This document shows, in pieces, positions 11,584 through 23,759 of a stretch of 64,000 bases of DNA. The notes beneath the pieces are model-generated. The model was not told the origin of the DNA. It ran no database searches and was given only the letters and a program-made list of their open reading frames with translations. Both the position numbers and the translations under genes were made by a program. Position 1 is the first letter of the stretch. The number at the start of each line of letters is the position of its first letter. The DNA comes from Octopus sinensis (Eukaryota): positions 73,842,001 through 73,906,000 of the forward strand of contig NC_043002.1 of NCBI RefSeq assembly GCF_006345805.1, written 5' to 3'.

Positions 11584-14537
11584 TTTGCGAAGATATAACA
11601 AGTACCTTTGATATTTATTCAATCAAAGGGGATCATATGAATGAAAAACATGTATCAGTATGAAATATACATAAAAATTCATTAAATGACAGACAATATA
11701 TTTCTCAATTTCTCACTTATTCTTAAATAAGTTAAAAAGTGAGATACTGACATTGTGCTTAAACAAAAAGTTATAATAAAATAATGTTCTAGAACTACAA
11801 TATATGAAATACATAAAATCACTGAGATCAAAGTGAATAGAAAAGCAAAACAAACAAAAAAAAATAAATAAATAAAGCTAAAATACATCACAATGAATTT
11901 TAGGAAAATAATGAGACTGGTGCCATATGAATGCTGAAATTATACTAATTAAAGGCTGTTTAAATGAAGTGCATGATTTTGACGCTGAGATAATGATGTG
12001 AAGACATTTTTGTGCCAATAAATAAATAAATAAATAAAACATGATGATATTCCAGAGTTTTGAACAAATAAATAAAATTAGTTTTGCTGAAAAATTTCAA
12101 ATGTGAATATATGCATGCAAAATAATATAAAGACTACACATATTTAGTGAACAGATAATGCTGACAAAAGAAGACCGTAAAGAAGACACTTCAAAACTTG
12201 ACACATTCTTACTATATAAAACATTCTCACATATAAAAAAAATTGAAATGCTATCTAAATGAAAATTAAGGACAACAGGCCTTATAGACAGATAAAATAA
12301 AAGATTAGTAGCCAATTCTTTCATCATACTACAACATCAAATCTTGGTAATAGTTTACAAAATTTATTACTTAAAAGTTAAAAAGTATCAAGTAAAAGTG
12401 AAGAAAATACTATAAAAATGCATTTACTATTTTAGGCTAAATATATAGACAGAAAAAATGTATGTATGTGAATGGATGGGCAAATATACATACATATGAG
12501 AGGACACATCGATTGTGCCCATTGCTGCAGGAAAGATACAATCTACATCAACAACAACTGCCTCAAAATGTCACACTACCTTTTCATGAGACATGACAGT
12601 GTAGCCAAAAATATTTACAATGCTATTACATGAAGGATTGTCTTGATGCTCATACAAAAAGCACACCAGACCCATGAATCCGCACCTTTAAAAATAAGGA
12701 ATACTGTGGAGCAATCCAATAGAAACAACAAACTTATGCAAAAACAACAGACCTCACACTGTTTCAGGGGACAGGGAACAACTATCATAATTTATAAGTT
12801 AGTTGCCCATAGAGATCAATGTCTCATCTAAAGTTGTAGAAAAGATCATCAATGAGGAACTGATGCAGAACTTACAACTTTTGTATCCTGGATCTAAATG
12901 TCTTCCTGTAATTATCATAGATGCATTGGATAATGAAACAACAGATTTGAAATAGAAAATAGAAGCCCAAAAGTGCTAGAACAAAGCAAACTCACTCACA
13001 CCCTTCAAATCCAATTAATTAGTGGATACAGTGAAGATGTGCAAAACATTCTAAAGATTCTTCATTTAAATTTCTTGGAATAAACATATATACACAATCT
13101 TATATGTACATATAGTAAACACACATACACACACATCCAGATATACACCCACATATATGCATTTATTAACTCATTCTCATATTCACAAATTGCAGGATGT
13201 ATCTTGACTCAAAGAATCCTTGTCACTTTTCTAGTAACTGACTTCAATTCTGCACAGAAAAATATACATAGATACACACAAATTAGTATGTATACATAAT
13301 ACATACACACATGATCGCTTAGCTGGTGCTTTATAAAATACAATGAAAGAACCATATTTCTGGGTTAGAAACAGGCTTTTTCCTGTATTGGTAATAAATT
13401 TAAATTATATAGCCAGAAAAACAACAGAACACACATACATTACACACACACATACAAAATGAATAAGCAATAATGCATTTCCTGAATAAATGAGAAAAAA
13501 TAACAAAGATCAACAACTAGTAGTGTTTCACAATATGAAGGTTTCCAGTTTGAATGTTATGATAAACAGATAAAACTTCAGTTACTCATACTTACAGATG
13601 TATAAACAGATATGAGTTTGATAGAAAAGAAAAAGTAACTTTCCTTCACTAAAATTGCCATAGAAATATTTTTTACATGACCCTAAACACTTCACTTATT
13701 TAGCAAAATAAAATATTTTAGTGTATTGAGGAAATACATATCAAAATGGTAATTTCAGAAGAATGCAATATGTTTACAACAAGTATAAAACAACTGATTT
13801 CTTGCATAAGCACAACTTCTGATTTATGCATAAAGTCATCTGATTTGTGCATAAGTATATAAATGTAAAAAATTTAAATTCAGAATCTAAACAGAGGAGA
13901 GAATGCATCTTATGTTCCAAACAACTATACAAGTATAAAGTGATGGAAAATTAAAACCAGGAATGGAATGTTTGTTTCAAGCATTTTTAAGATGACCTTA
14001 AAATTTACAAACAACTAATTAAGACTAAGTGAAAATTCAACAGAAATAATATTTCACACACACACAACAAATAATTCAGAGACTCAAATGAAATGATTCT
14101 AAATGATAAGAATATCTTCCTTTTTTTTTTTCCTGTCCAGAGTCAATTTAAAATCAAATTAAAATTTTCAAAATATATTGGAAGACTTAAAGGTAGTGTT
14201 TATATTATAGTATAATAAAAATTGAAGGTGGCAGGATTCCAACAAGGTAATGCTAAGTTATCAGTTACAACGCAAATATATTTGAATTTTTTCTTTTTGT
14301 ATTTTTATTAATTATATTAAAATAAATATTAACTGTATTCTCCAAAAAAAAAAAAAAGAAAAAAAAAAGGAAGATTCTTCTACATTCAAATAGCTTTAAA
14401 TGAAAAATACTGAATATTGCTTTCTTAAATTACAGCGAGTAAAGAAATAAATAGCAAGTAGTAACTAAATATATGGGTGAGATGTTTTACAACTATTGTA
14501 CAGACAATATCAAAAAAGGAAGAATGAGATAACTCAC

Positions 14538-14543
14538 CGAAGC
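14538..14543 (-). CDS. APBA1: 6-nt microexon GCTTCG (Ala-Ser), phase 0-0, inside the PTB domain
   Basis: Long pyrimidine tract tttcctccttttctccctcacttctttcatattacatttttag, 6 nt, then consensus donor gtgagt. Confidence 0.7.
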
Positions 14544-14961
14544 CTAAAAATGTAATATGAAAGAAGTGAGGGAGAAAAGGAGGAAATGTTAAAATGCATT
14601 AAATTAAAAAGAGTTCATCAGGATAAATAAAACTTAAACATATACACACATAGCACAAGATTGCATCTAATTCACACTCACTCTCTCACACATAAACATA
14701 TATACATATATATGGACAATATACATTTTTAGATGGAAATACATACACCTAAGATATATGATTTTATGAAAAATATATATACATATATCTTAATACAAGA
14801 TATATGTAAGTTAAAAAGAATATAATAAATGCACAAACAAATGGAAAACAGACAGAGAAGGTTGCCAAATCCTTATCAGTTATTGGCCAAAAGATCAATG
14901 CAATTTCGCACCTATGCAACATATCTTTATATAAAACATAGACACAGGGATATATCTTTAT

Positions 14962-14964
<3 letters not shown>

Positions 14965-15053
<89 letters not shown>
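14965..15053. repeat. Compound microsatellite (AT)n(AG)n
   Basis: Direct reading. Confidence 0.95.
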
Positions 15054-15057
<4 letters not shown>

Positions 15058-15104
15058 GGTGGGGAGCAAATATATAAAAAAATACATATCATATACATAT
15101 CAAA

Positions 15105-15640
15105 TATATGCTGTCATCCCAGTGAAACGACTGCAGTAAAAGTATTTAGCTAGTAGTAAGCCAGAGTACCTAGCATTCATTGCCAGTGTGCTAGAGAAAG
15201 CCTTTTTACAGGATTCCATGCTTTGTAAACTGGTGATCACTAAAGAAGCTAGGAATAGATGAGGGTAGTACAAGCCATATACAGGGATGCCATCATCAAG
15301 GTAAGAGTCAACAAGAACAGCAATAAATTTAGCATGCAGGTAAGAGTCCACCAGGGCTCAGTTTTCATTTCTTTCTATTTGTCATAATCCTCCAAGCTAC
15401 AGCAGAGGAGTCAGAAACCAGTTGTCCATAGGAACTCCTGTATGCTATTGACCTAGTTCTCATATCTTGAATCTGTAGCAGAATTAGAAGAAATTCCAGA
15501 CATGGAGGCAAAACCTGGAATTGTAACCTCAAATGAAGCAAAGATTAACATATTAGTAAGAAAGAAGACAGGACTCTGCTACCATCAGGGAAATGGCCCT
15601 GTTTGATATGCAGAAATGGGCATGATAGGAATTCCATGAA
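15105..15640 (+). mobile_element. Old RTE reverse-transcriptase fragment
   Basis: Decayed motifs RLQ*KYLA..LAF..LEKAF, VHQGSV, CP*ELLYA.DLV, GKWPC.ICR. Confidence 0.8.
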
Positions 15641-16264
15641 GTATAAACTATGAACTCACAAGAAGTATAGTAAAATCACAGGTACAATAATAGAGAAGGT
15701 AGACTTTGTATACAGCAGATGTGCAGGAGCATTAAACACAATAAGCACACAGAAAATTAATTCTCTCAAATACTAAGAAAATTCTCTGGAAGTAGATCTA
15801 CTAGGATCTCCTGGCACTTTTTTACCCATCTTTTATCATCCAAACTACATGTCCAAACTCATCTGGTCGCCATTCTTGCACAGTATGACTGATTGCTCTT
15901 ATACTTAGTTTTCCTCAACTCGTTTATACCGCACCATTCATCATAATCATCATTTAATGTCCTCTTTCCATTCTGGCATGGGTTGGACAGTTTGATAGTA
16001 ACTAGCAAGTCAAAAGACTGCACCAAACTGTCTGCTTTGGCACAGTTTCTAGGGTTGGATGCCCATCCTAATGCCAACCACTTTACAGAGTGTACTGAAC
16101 ATTTTTTATATGGTCCCAGCAGCAGCAAGGTCACTGAGTAACTAGCAAGACTGGACCCCTCAACTGGCAGTGTGCAAGGTGATGAAAGTTTACAGTATGA
16201 ACAGAAGGTCAGATATAGGTGTCTTAACATTATTCAGACAGTAGAGTATACTTGCTTCATTTCT

Positions 16265-16387
16265 GTCCAAACTTGCACATCCTCAGCACTAAGTCCTCAT
16301 GTCTCCCTACAATGCAGCATTGCACTTTGTACACAAGCTCCATACAATCTACCCTTCACCAAAAAAGAGACTTCTCATGTCACCAGC

Positions 16388-16424
<37 letters not shown>

Positions 16425-16520
16425 GCTTCCTGAACTTTTTCCACTCTGTTCTTACTCTAGCTACTATGCTTGCTGAGCATCCTCTTTCACTGCCAGTTAG
16501 GTTACCAATATAGCAGAAGC
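16265..16520 (-). mobile_element. Old RTE ORF fragment
   Basis: Minus strand reads ARVRTEWKKFRKL..LLVT..VKGRLYGACV..AMLH, homologous to the 20107 ORF. Confidence 0.8.
16388..16423. repeat. (AAT)12 microsatellite inside an RTE fragment
   Basis: Direct reading. Confidence 0.95.
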
Positions 16521-17973
16521 TATTGACTACCTTTATAGAGTTTCCTAGCATTGAAAAGAATTTATCTTGCTACATAGATACATGAATATATATAAATCTA
16601 AAATAAAGATAATATATTTAGTGATTTTCAAGAAAAGAATTAATTAAAACAGTTTTGGACTTCTGAATCAGTCCTGATATGAAAGTAATCTTCAAAGTGT
16701 GACTACAAGCTTAAATCTATATCCTTTCGTAATTATATTTCAAATATCGTTAATGATGATAACGATGATAAAACTTTTCAGTAAAATCATAAGAACACAT
16801 ACTGACGAGGTAAAAACACATAAAACATGATAATGAAATATAACTTATATGAACTTTTTCATTAAGTGGCATACATCAGAGAAGTCTGCAACAAACAGAT
16901 GAACATTTAATGTGCAAATAGTTTGTTGGAAGAGATTTCATTGTTACCATAAGAGGTTTAAGTAATTATGTAAGCCTTTATTAGGTAAAATTCATTCTTT
17001 ATTATTTCTGTATATAAAATAATCTGCACATTTTTCAGTAATGAAGTAATCTATTTATTTATTTCATACATAATTAATTAAATTGCATAAAAAGCTAAAA
17101 AATAAAACCAACTAAAAACTAAAAAAAAACTAATGATATGGTAAATGATCAATGAAGCCAGTGTTGTTAATATACCTGTTACAAACCAAAATTTATTCCT
17201 GAAAGCAAATATTACTTGTAAATGCTGTTGTACTTTTTACACACACACACACAAAACCCTTTTAAGATAGGAAAATCTCAAAATTATACTATAATATATT
17301 TTTAAATGGGTTTTTTTCTGAAAAATACATTTATATTAAAAGATTATACATTTTAGATGCTCTCAAAATAATGCATATGCCATAATGTCAGTAAGTATCA
17401 AGAAAGCTGGATAACAATTTCAATTCATTTTAACTAAAAGTAGTAAATACATTGTGAAATGGTTAACTGGTTATGATACTGAGATACAAATACAAGAATT
17501 ATCAATTCCAAGTTGAAACTAGAATGCATTTGTATTTTATAATAGTGTTTGTTAATAGAATACCTGTGAAATAAAACAAAAATATGAACTAAGGGAAATA
17601 ACTGTAGTGGAACGATGGCATGGATTTACATATATTTGTTAAAAGTTATATTTTGAATGATGCAGCAAAAACTGTTTACCATTTTGCCTTTTAGTTGGAG
17701 AAAAAGTAAAAAGCCAAAAGTAATTCTCAGCAGAGCTCAAAGGGAGGGGGAGATAATTTAAAGAAATTTATCTCGTTTCAGTCACTGGGTACTGACCAGA
17801 TAGGGTTTGGGCAAAACAAATCAACCCCAGTACTTATCTATTAAGTCTAGTACTCATTCTATCAGTATCTTCTACCAAACCACTAAGTTATGGGAATATA
17901 AAAAATCCAACACTGGTTGTCAGGAGATGGCAGGGGCCAAACATAAAGACACACACACACATAATTATATATA

Positions 17974-18930
17974 TCATCATCATTGTTTAACATCCATCTT
18001 CCATGCATGCATGCATGCATGAGCAGGACGGCTCACAGAAGCTGGCCATGTAGAAAAACTACCCTATACTACTGTCTGCTTTGACAAGGCTTTTATAGTC
18101 GGATGCCCTTCCTAACACCAACCACTTTTTAGAGTGGACTCAGTGCTTTTTATGTCGTACTAGCACAGGTGAGGTTAGTTTTCGCATGATTTTTACAGCT
18201 GGATGCCCCTCCAAATAACCACTTTACAGTGTGGACTGCATGCTTTTTATGTGGCACCAGCACTGGCAGGGTCACCAAGTAGCTTGCAAGACCAGGAATC
18301 ATGAGAGGGGCAGGTGCATTTGAGGAGGGGAACCCATGTCAGAGGATGAAATGTTAGAGAGTGACAGAGAAATAAGTGTCTTGCTATAGAGAAGGTACAT
18401 GGTTACCCAGGGAGAGACAGAAAGAGAGTGACCAAGAATGAGGGCAGATATATATATGCTGCTAGAGAGGAGATATGTGACTACCCAGCCAGAGGGAAGA
18501 GCAAGGGTAAGAAAGAAAGAGAGAGTAGGAAATAGCAAAAATGTAAGAGAGAAAGGAAGTGCCAGTGTATACTCACAAGTAACAAGGATCAAAGCGTAGA
18601 TGTGATGGTAAAGAAAAGGGAAGTACGAAGGTAGTAATATACACAGTCAAGTGTTGCCAAGAAGGCGCAAGTAGGGAGTGGGGATTGTAGTGACTGGCGA
18701 AAACCTGAGTAGAGGGCAGGGAAGGGGATTGAAAGACAATCATAGCTTATGAAGAGAAAATCTATATATAACACACATACATATAATAGGCTTCTTTTCA
18801 CTTTTCATCAACCAAATCTATTTACAAGGCTTTGGTCAACCTGAGGCTATAGCAGGAGATACTTGTCCAAGATACCACACAGTGGGAGTGAACATGAAAC
18901 GATGAGGTATGGAAGCAAACTTCTTACACA
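17974..18930 (-). mobile_element. Composite SINE: tRNA-like head, CT-rich spacer, RTE tail
   Basis: Head 18787-18930, purine-rich (+ strand) spacer ~18300-18760, tail 17974-18295 homologous to the RTE 3' UTR. Confidence 0.6.
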
Positions 18931-20075
18931 GTATGCTTGAGAATTTTGGATTTGTCAGTAAACAAAGAGATGGTAATGGGTACTGTAGGCTAACAAAGAT
19001 TGGATTTTGAAGAGAGCATGTAAAGTAATGCATTCGTGAAATTAATATCCAATTTCTTAAAATTAAATCTCTTCTGAGGAAGTTGCTTACAATAACCGCT
19101 GATTTTTCTTTTCTTTCTCTTACTAAAAAGTAAATCTATCGCAGTTCATATTATTGGCCCAAATGAGTTATTTCCCTTGGTTCATATTGTGTAATTATGC
19201 AAGCTTAGTGGCTAAAACATTTTTTTTTCCACTTGTAAAAAAAAAAAGTTTCTCAACTCATCGACCAGGTGCAAATCAGCTACATTTCTAATAAAATGGA
19301 AACATGTTCCTTGCCTGCTAACAAGGATCAGATTTTCTATTAACCCTTAAACTGAGAAATTAAACTTCATGGTTATTCCTGTAAGACTTAAATATCTACC
19401 AAAACATTCAAGTTGGTATTTTCTGCAAGTTGTGTTACCGCAATGAACTTGACATATGAAAAACAAGAAAAAGTTCCAACAGAAGATAGACTGGTAAATG
19501 AAACCACTTTCTGTAGTTAAGGGTAACAAAATTTTGCATGTGTATTTCTGATTTCTGCAGTGAATAAATATTTGTTGTGAAATTATCAACTTTTTTCATT
19601 GAGATTCACTTACAACTACAACTAGGTTTTTGTTGTCTTTTACCAATTATAATGCAAATTTTAAATATTTGAGAATTATTAGCAAAGTCAATATGAAAAT
19701 TCCTCTAATCAAAACAAAATTTCACTTACTTAAACCATATATGAGATCAGTAAGGGAAGCACTTCACTTTACTCCTTTATTATTATTTTTATATATATAT
19801 ATATCAATGCAGTGCACTAGCACACTCTGAATATATTGAAATGTGTAGAAAATATTTGGAGTTAACCTAGAATGGGTTTACAAAACAAAGGGAAACAACT
19901 CGGTCATCTAGCTTTGATGATTACCGGAATACCTTTTGTAGATACTATTTTACAAAAAGTATTTCTCTTTGTCAAATCCCATTTAATGCTTAAAGCTTTT
20001 ACATGTCTTAAAAACAGTATATTTTCAGCAAAATAATATATGGAACTAATAATAATGTATATATGAATAATATAT

Positions 20076-21399
20076 GGAAGGCTAACTAGGAAGGCTAACT
20101 AGGAAGATGGTTTTTGTATGTGGCAGATGCTCAGGAACAATAAACACTGAAAATGCTCTGAGACCAACTTCCGTCACTTTCCAGGGAGAAAAACTAGAAA
20201 TAGTTGATAGTTTCCGTTACCTAGGTGACCAAGTCAGCAGCGGGGGCGGGTGTGCTGAAAGTGTAACTGCTAGAGTAAGAATAGCTTGGGCAAAGTTCAG
20301 AGAGCTCTTACCTCTGCTGGTGACAAAAGGCCTCTCGCACAGAGTGAAAGGCAGACTGTATGATGCGTGTGTACGAACAGCCATGCTACATGGCAGTGAA
20401 ACATGGGCTGTGACTGCTGAGGATATGCGTAAGCTCGCTAGAAATGAAGCCAGTATGCTCCGATGGATGTGTAATGCCGGTACTCACACTCGGCAGAGTG
20501 TAAGTACCTTGAGAGAAAAGCTGGACCTAAGAAGCATCAGTTGTGGTGTGCAAGAGAGACGTTTGCGCTGGTATGGTCATGTGGCGAGAATGGATGAAGA
20601 TAGTTGTGTGAAAAAGTGCCACACCCTAGCGGTTGAGGGAACCTGTGGAAGAGGCAGACCCAGGAAAAGCTGGGACGAGGTGGTGAAGCACGACCTTCGA
20701 ACTTTAGGTCTCACTGAGGAAATGACTAGAGACCGAGACCTCTGGAAGTGTGCTGTGCGCGAGAAGACCCGGCAGGACAAGTGAGTCCACAACCCGTGGC
20801 CTTCTACATGGGATGGAGCCAGCCTACGTATGCATACCTTCCCTTCTTGGGACACAAAACTCTACTTGTGAAGACGTGTTGAGGCAAGTGAGGATCAGAA
20901 TCGAAATCGATCAATGGAAATTGCGGATGTGCTACCAGTGCCGGTGGCATGTCGAAACTCTGCTTGTGAAGACCCATTGAGGCAAGTGAGGATCAGAATC
21001 GAAATCGATCAATGGAAATCGATCAATGGAAATTGCAGATGTGTTACCAGTGCCGGTGGCATGTAAGAGAACTTTCCGTTTCGCGACCGTTGCCAGCACC
21101 GCCCCGTTTCGTGTCCGTTGCCAGCCTCGCCTGGCCCTCGTGCCGGTGGCACATAAAAAGCACCATCCGTTCGTGGCCGTTTGCCAGCTCTGTCTGGCAC
21201 CAGTGCGGGTGGCACGTAAAAAGCACCCACTACACTCACGGAGTGGTTGGCGTTAGGAAGGGCATCCAGCCGTAGAAACACTGCCAGATTTGACTGGGCC
21301 TGATGAAGCCTTCTGGCTTCACAGACCCCAGTAGAACCGTCCAACCCATGCTAGCATGGAAAACGGACGCTAAATGATGATGATGATGATGATGATGAT
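20076..21399 (+). mobile_element. Young 5'-truncated RTE-clade LINE (ORF C-terminus, 3' UTR, (GAT)n tail)
   Basis: Uninterrupted 225-aa ORF 20107..20784 with FRYLG, ARVRIAWAKFREL, MLHGSETW, MLRWM, RRLRWYGHV, GRGRPRKSW; CpG-rich; ends in (GAT)n. Confidence 0.95.
20107..20784 (+). pseudogene. RTE ORF C-terminal fragment (post-RT region, with CxxC)
   Basis: Typical RTE C-terminal motifs; endonuclease and RT core absent because of 5' truncation. Confidence 0.9.
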
Positions 21400-22034
21400 G
21401 GATCTAAGCCAAACATTTTGTCATCCTGATTCAAAATACTCTTGTAGCACAGCCTTTCATTTATACCTTATCATAATATAATGAAATAGAGGATGTCTTA
21501 AAAAGGCAACAATGGGAATAAAGTTTCAGACTAGCCCTTCATTCAACGTAAACCCATACAGTATAGGTATTGGTTATATGACTGGTGTATGAACAATATA
21601 TACACCTATAATGATCTTGTTCAACAATAAATACACAGCAGCAGGATGGTTGAAATACTAAAGTTTAATAACTTAAAAGAATCACAAGATATTCCAAAGC
21701 CTGTCAAATACTGTAAAAATAGGAAATAGGGAAGTACTACATCAGGTAAGTAATAAAAAATATATCTTGAATAAGTCCCACACCTTGAATCCTATTGATA
21801 TTCATTTATCAAATAGCCTTGTTTATAATTAGAGTAATGTATTTATCCCTGGAGCAAAAAAATAATGTAGCACCCATAAAGATCATTTGTGTGTGTGTGT
21901 GTGTGTGGTGTGTGTGTGTGTAAAACACTTGGACACCATTTTCTAGTGAATTTAAAAATCTAAATAAAATAGAAAAATAATATGTAAATAAAATAACTTC
22001 TAACATAAAAGAAATTTATGTCAAGTATCTTCAC

Positions 22035-22186
22035 CTTAATTCGTCCAACAGCTTCTTGTGCTTGTATCATTCTCATTGGTTTTGATGGTTGCCCTTCAGA
22101 TATTAATTGTGTAGAACCAAGGTAACGTGCTCGAAATAACACACCTTCTATCAATACTGCAGGGTTGTCCGGATCATTTATGCAAA
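22035..22186 (-). CDS. APBA1: First PTB-domain exon, 152 nt, phase 1-0 (CINDPDNPAVLIEGVLFRARYLGSTQLISEGQPSKPMRMIQAQEAVGRIK)
   Basis: Recognisable X11/Mint PTB N-terminus (F-x-A-x-YLGSTQL; RMxQAQEAV); acceptor tatttggcag (in-frame alternative gives exon start 22156), donor AAG|GTGAAG. Confidence 0.95.
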
Positions 22187-23759
22187 CTGCCAAATATAAT
22201 AAAGGTTTATAATCATTATGATACATTATTCATGTACTTGTTGCTTATTTACAATAAGCAACAAAGTACACTGTAAATTAAAAAAAAAGAAAATATACAA
22301 TAATCCCAAACTGATATCAAAACTAAAAAAAGCAAAGACCACTTCACTGAAAGAAATTATCACAAATACAAAAAGTAACTGTCTAATCCCTAAAAATAAT
22401 CAAATTTTTATAAGGAATTAAAAAAAAAAATTAATCAAAATCTGGTTGAAAGTTTCAAACCACTCTGAAAAATCTGGATCTAAAATTATAACATTTTCAA
22501 ATCTGAGAGACTCTATTTACCATCTGTTGAATGAAGAAAACATTATAGAAATAATATATATATATATATACACACACATATACATTAAAAATAAATAATA
22601 TATACACTAAAAACAAAACAAAGTAAAGAAAATTAACTTACAAATCTTAATTATAATATTTATATACCCAAATGTCAAAGAAAAAAGAATGGAGTATGTA
22701 AAGCCAAAAAGAAAACAAATAGAAAATGAAACAAAACCCCATCTTGTAAACTTCAATAAAAACCATATAACCTTTTACCTCCTAAATCAGGACTTTTATT
22801 GTATCAGATAGAAAATTTTTAATCCTTTGGATCAATTTTTATAACTTAATATTCAATTATGAAACTTTATTGACTGATGAAAAAAAAGAAAAGCAAACAA
22901 AATATAAACTAGACAGTATTATATTGTATATTTTACTACCAGAAATCTCAATCCATATGATAGGATAACTGGTAAGTCATATATTTAACGTAATTAGTTA
23001 TTAAATTAAAAGAGAGTATTTAAATACAGTTCACTAACACAAACTGAACATCAATTAAATAACACAAACAATAAAAGTGATGTTATTAAACTAAACCTTT
23101 TGGTTACTTCACTCATATTTCAAGTGCAAAAAGAAAAAGAAAATCTTATAAATGGAAATGGTTTTTTTTTTTCTTTTAAGGAATTAGCAGACTGGAAATA
23201 TCTATGACCTTTTTGCAGCACCCACAAGACTAATGGGAGAAATGGGGCAGAGAGCATGACTTGTGGCTCATTACAGTAAGGAGCAGTAATTAGATAGTTT
23301 TGCAATTAAGATATGATTCTAAAACAAGATAGTGTTAGAAAAATAACAAATAACAAACAACAATCATACAAATAATGTTTAAGAACAAGGTGATTTAATT
23401 TATTTATTTCATATTCATACGACTGCTATTTATGTTAAAGATTAAATTAGGAAAAAAAATTGAAATAACTATATCACTTGACGTAATTATTTCACTATAT
23501 ATTAATAATAAAGCACTAAGTCTAAATGTTATAAACACTGAATTAATACATTGCCATCACTTATAAAGTTTTATTGTAAATACATCATTTGGTAAGAATA
23601 ATGTCCTAGGAATCCTGGAATTTTCAACATGAAAGAAAACACTGTATAAACAGCTGAATATCTAAAACTCTATACTTTAACAAATTTTTGCAAAGTTAAA
23701 CAACTTCCAAATCATTCTTAAATAAAGGTACACTATTTAATTTCAGTTATTAAATGGAA

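Noticed and set aside
14764-15087. ORFs with YIYIYI/LSLSLS runs (also 3268, 42876, 51664)
   Set aside because: Translations of dinucleotide microsatellites.
20859-21230. Repeat-spacer-like pattern resembling a CRISPR array
   Set aside because: Eukaryotic LINE 3' UTR modules with irregular spacing and no cas genes.
20577-21344. Several overlapping ORFs on both strands
   Set aside because: GC-rich antisense or 3' UTR of the RTE; no protein motifs.
23181-23275. Plus-strand AG..GTAAG bounded 95-nt segment (antisense exon?)
   Set aside because: Stops in all three frames and no partner exons found.
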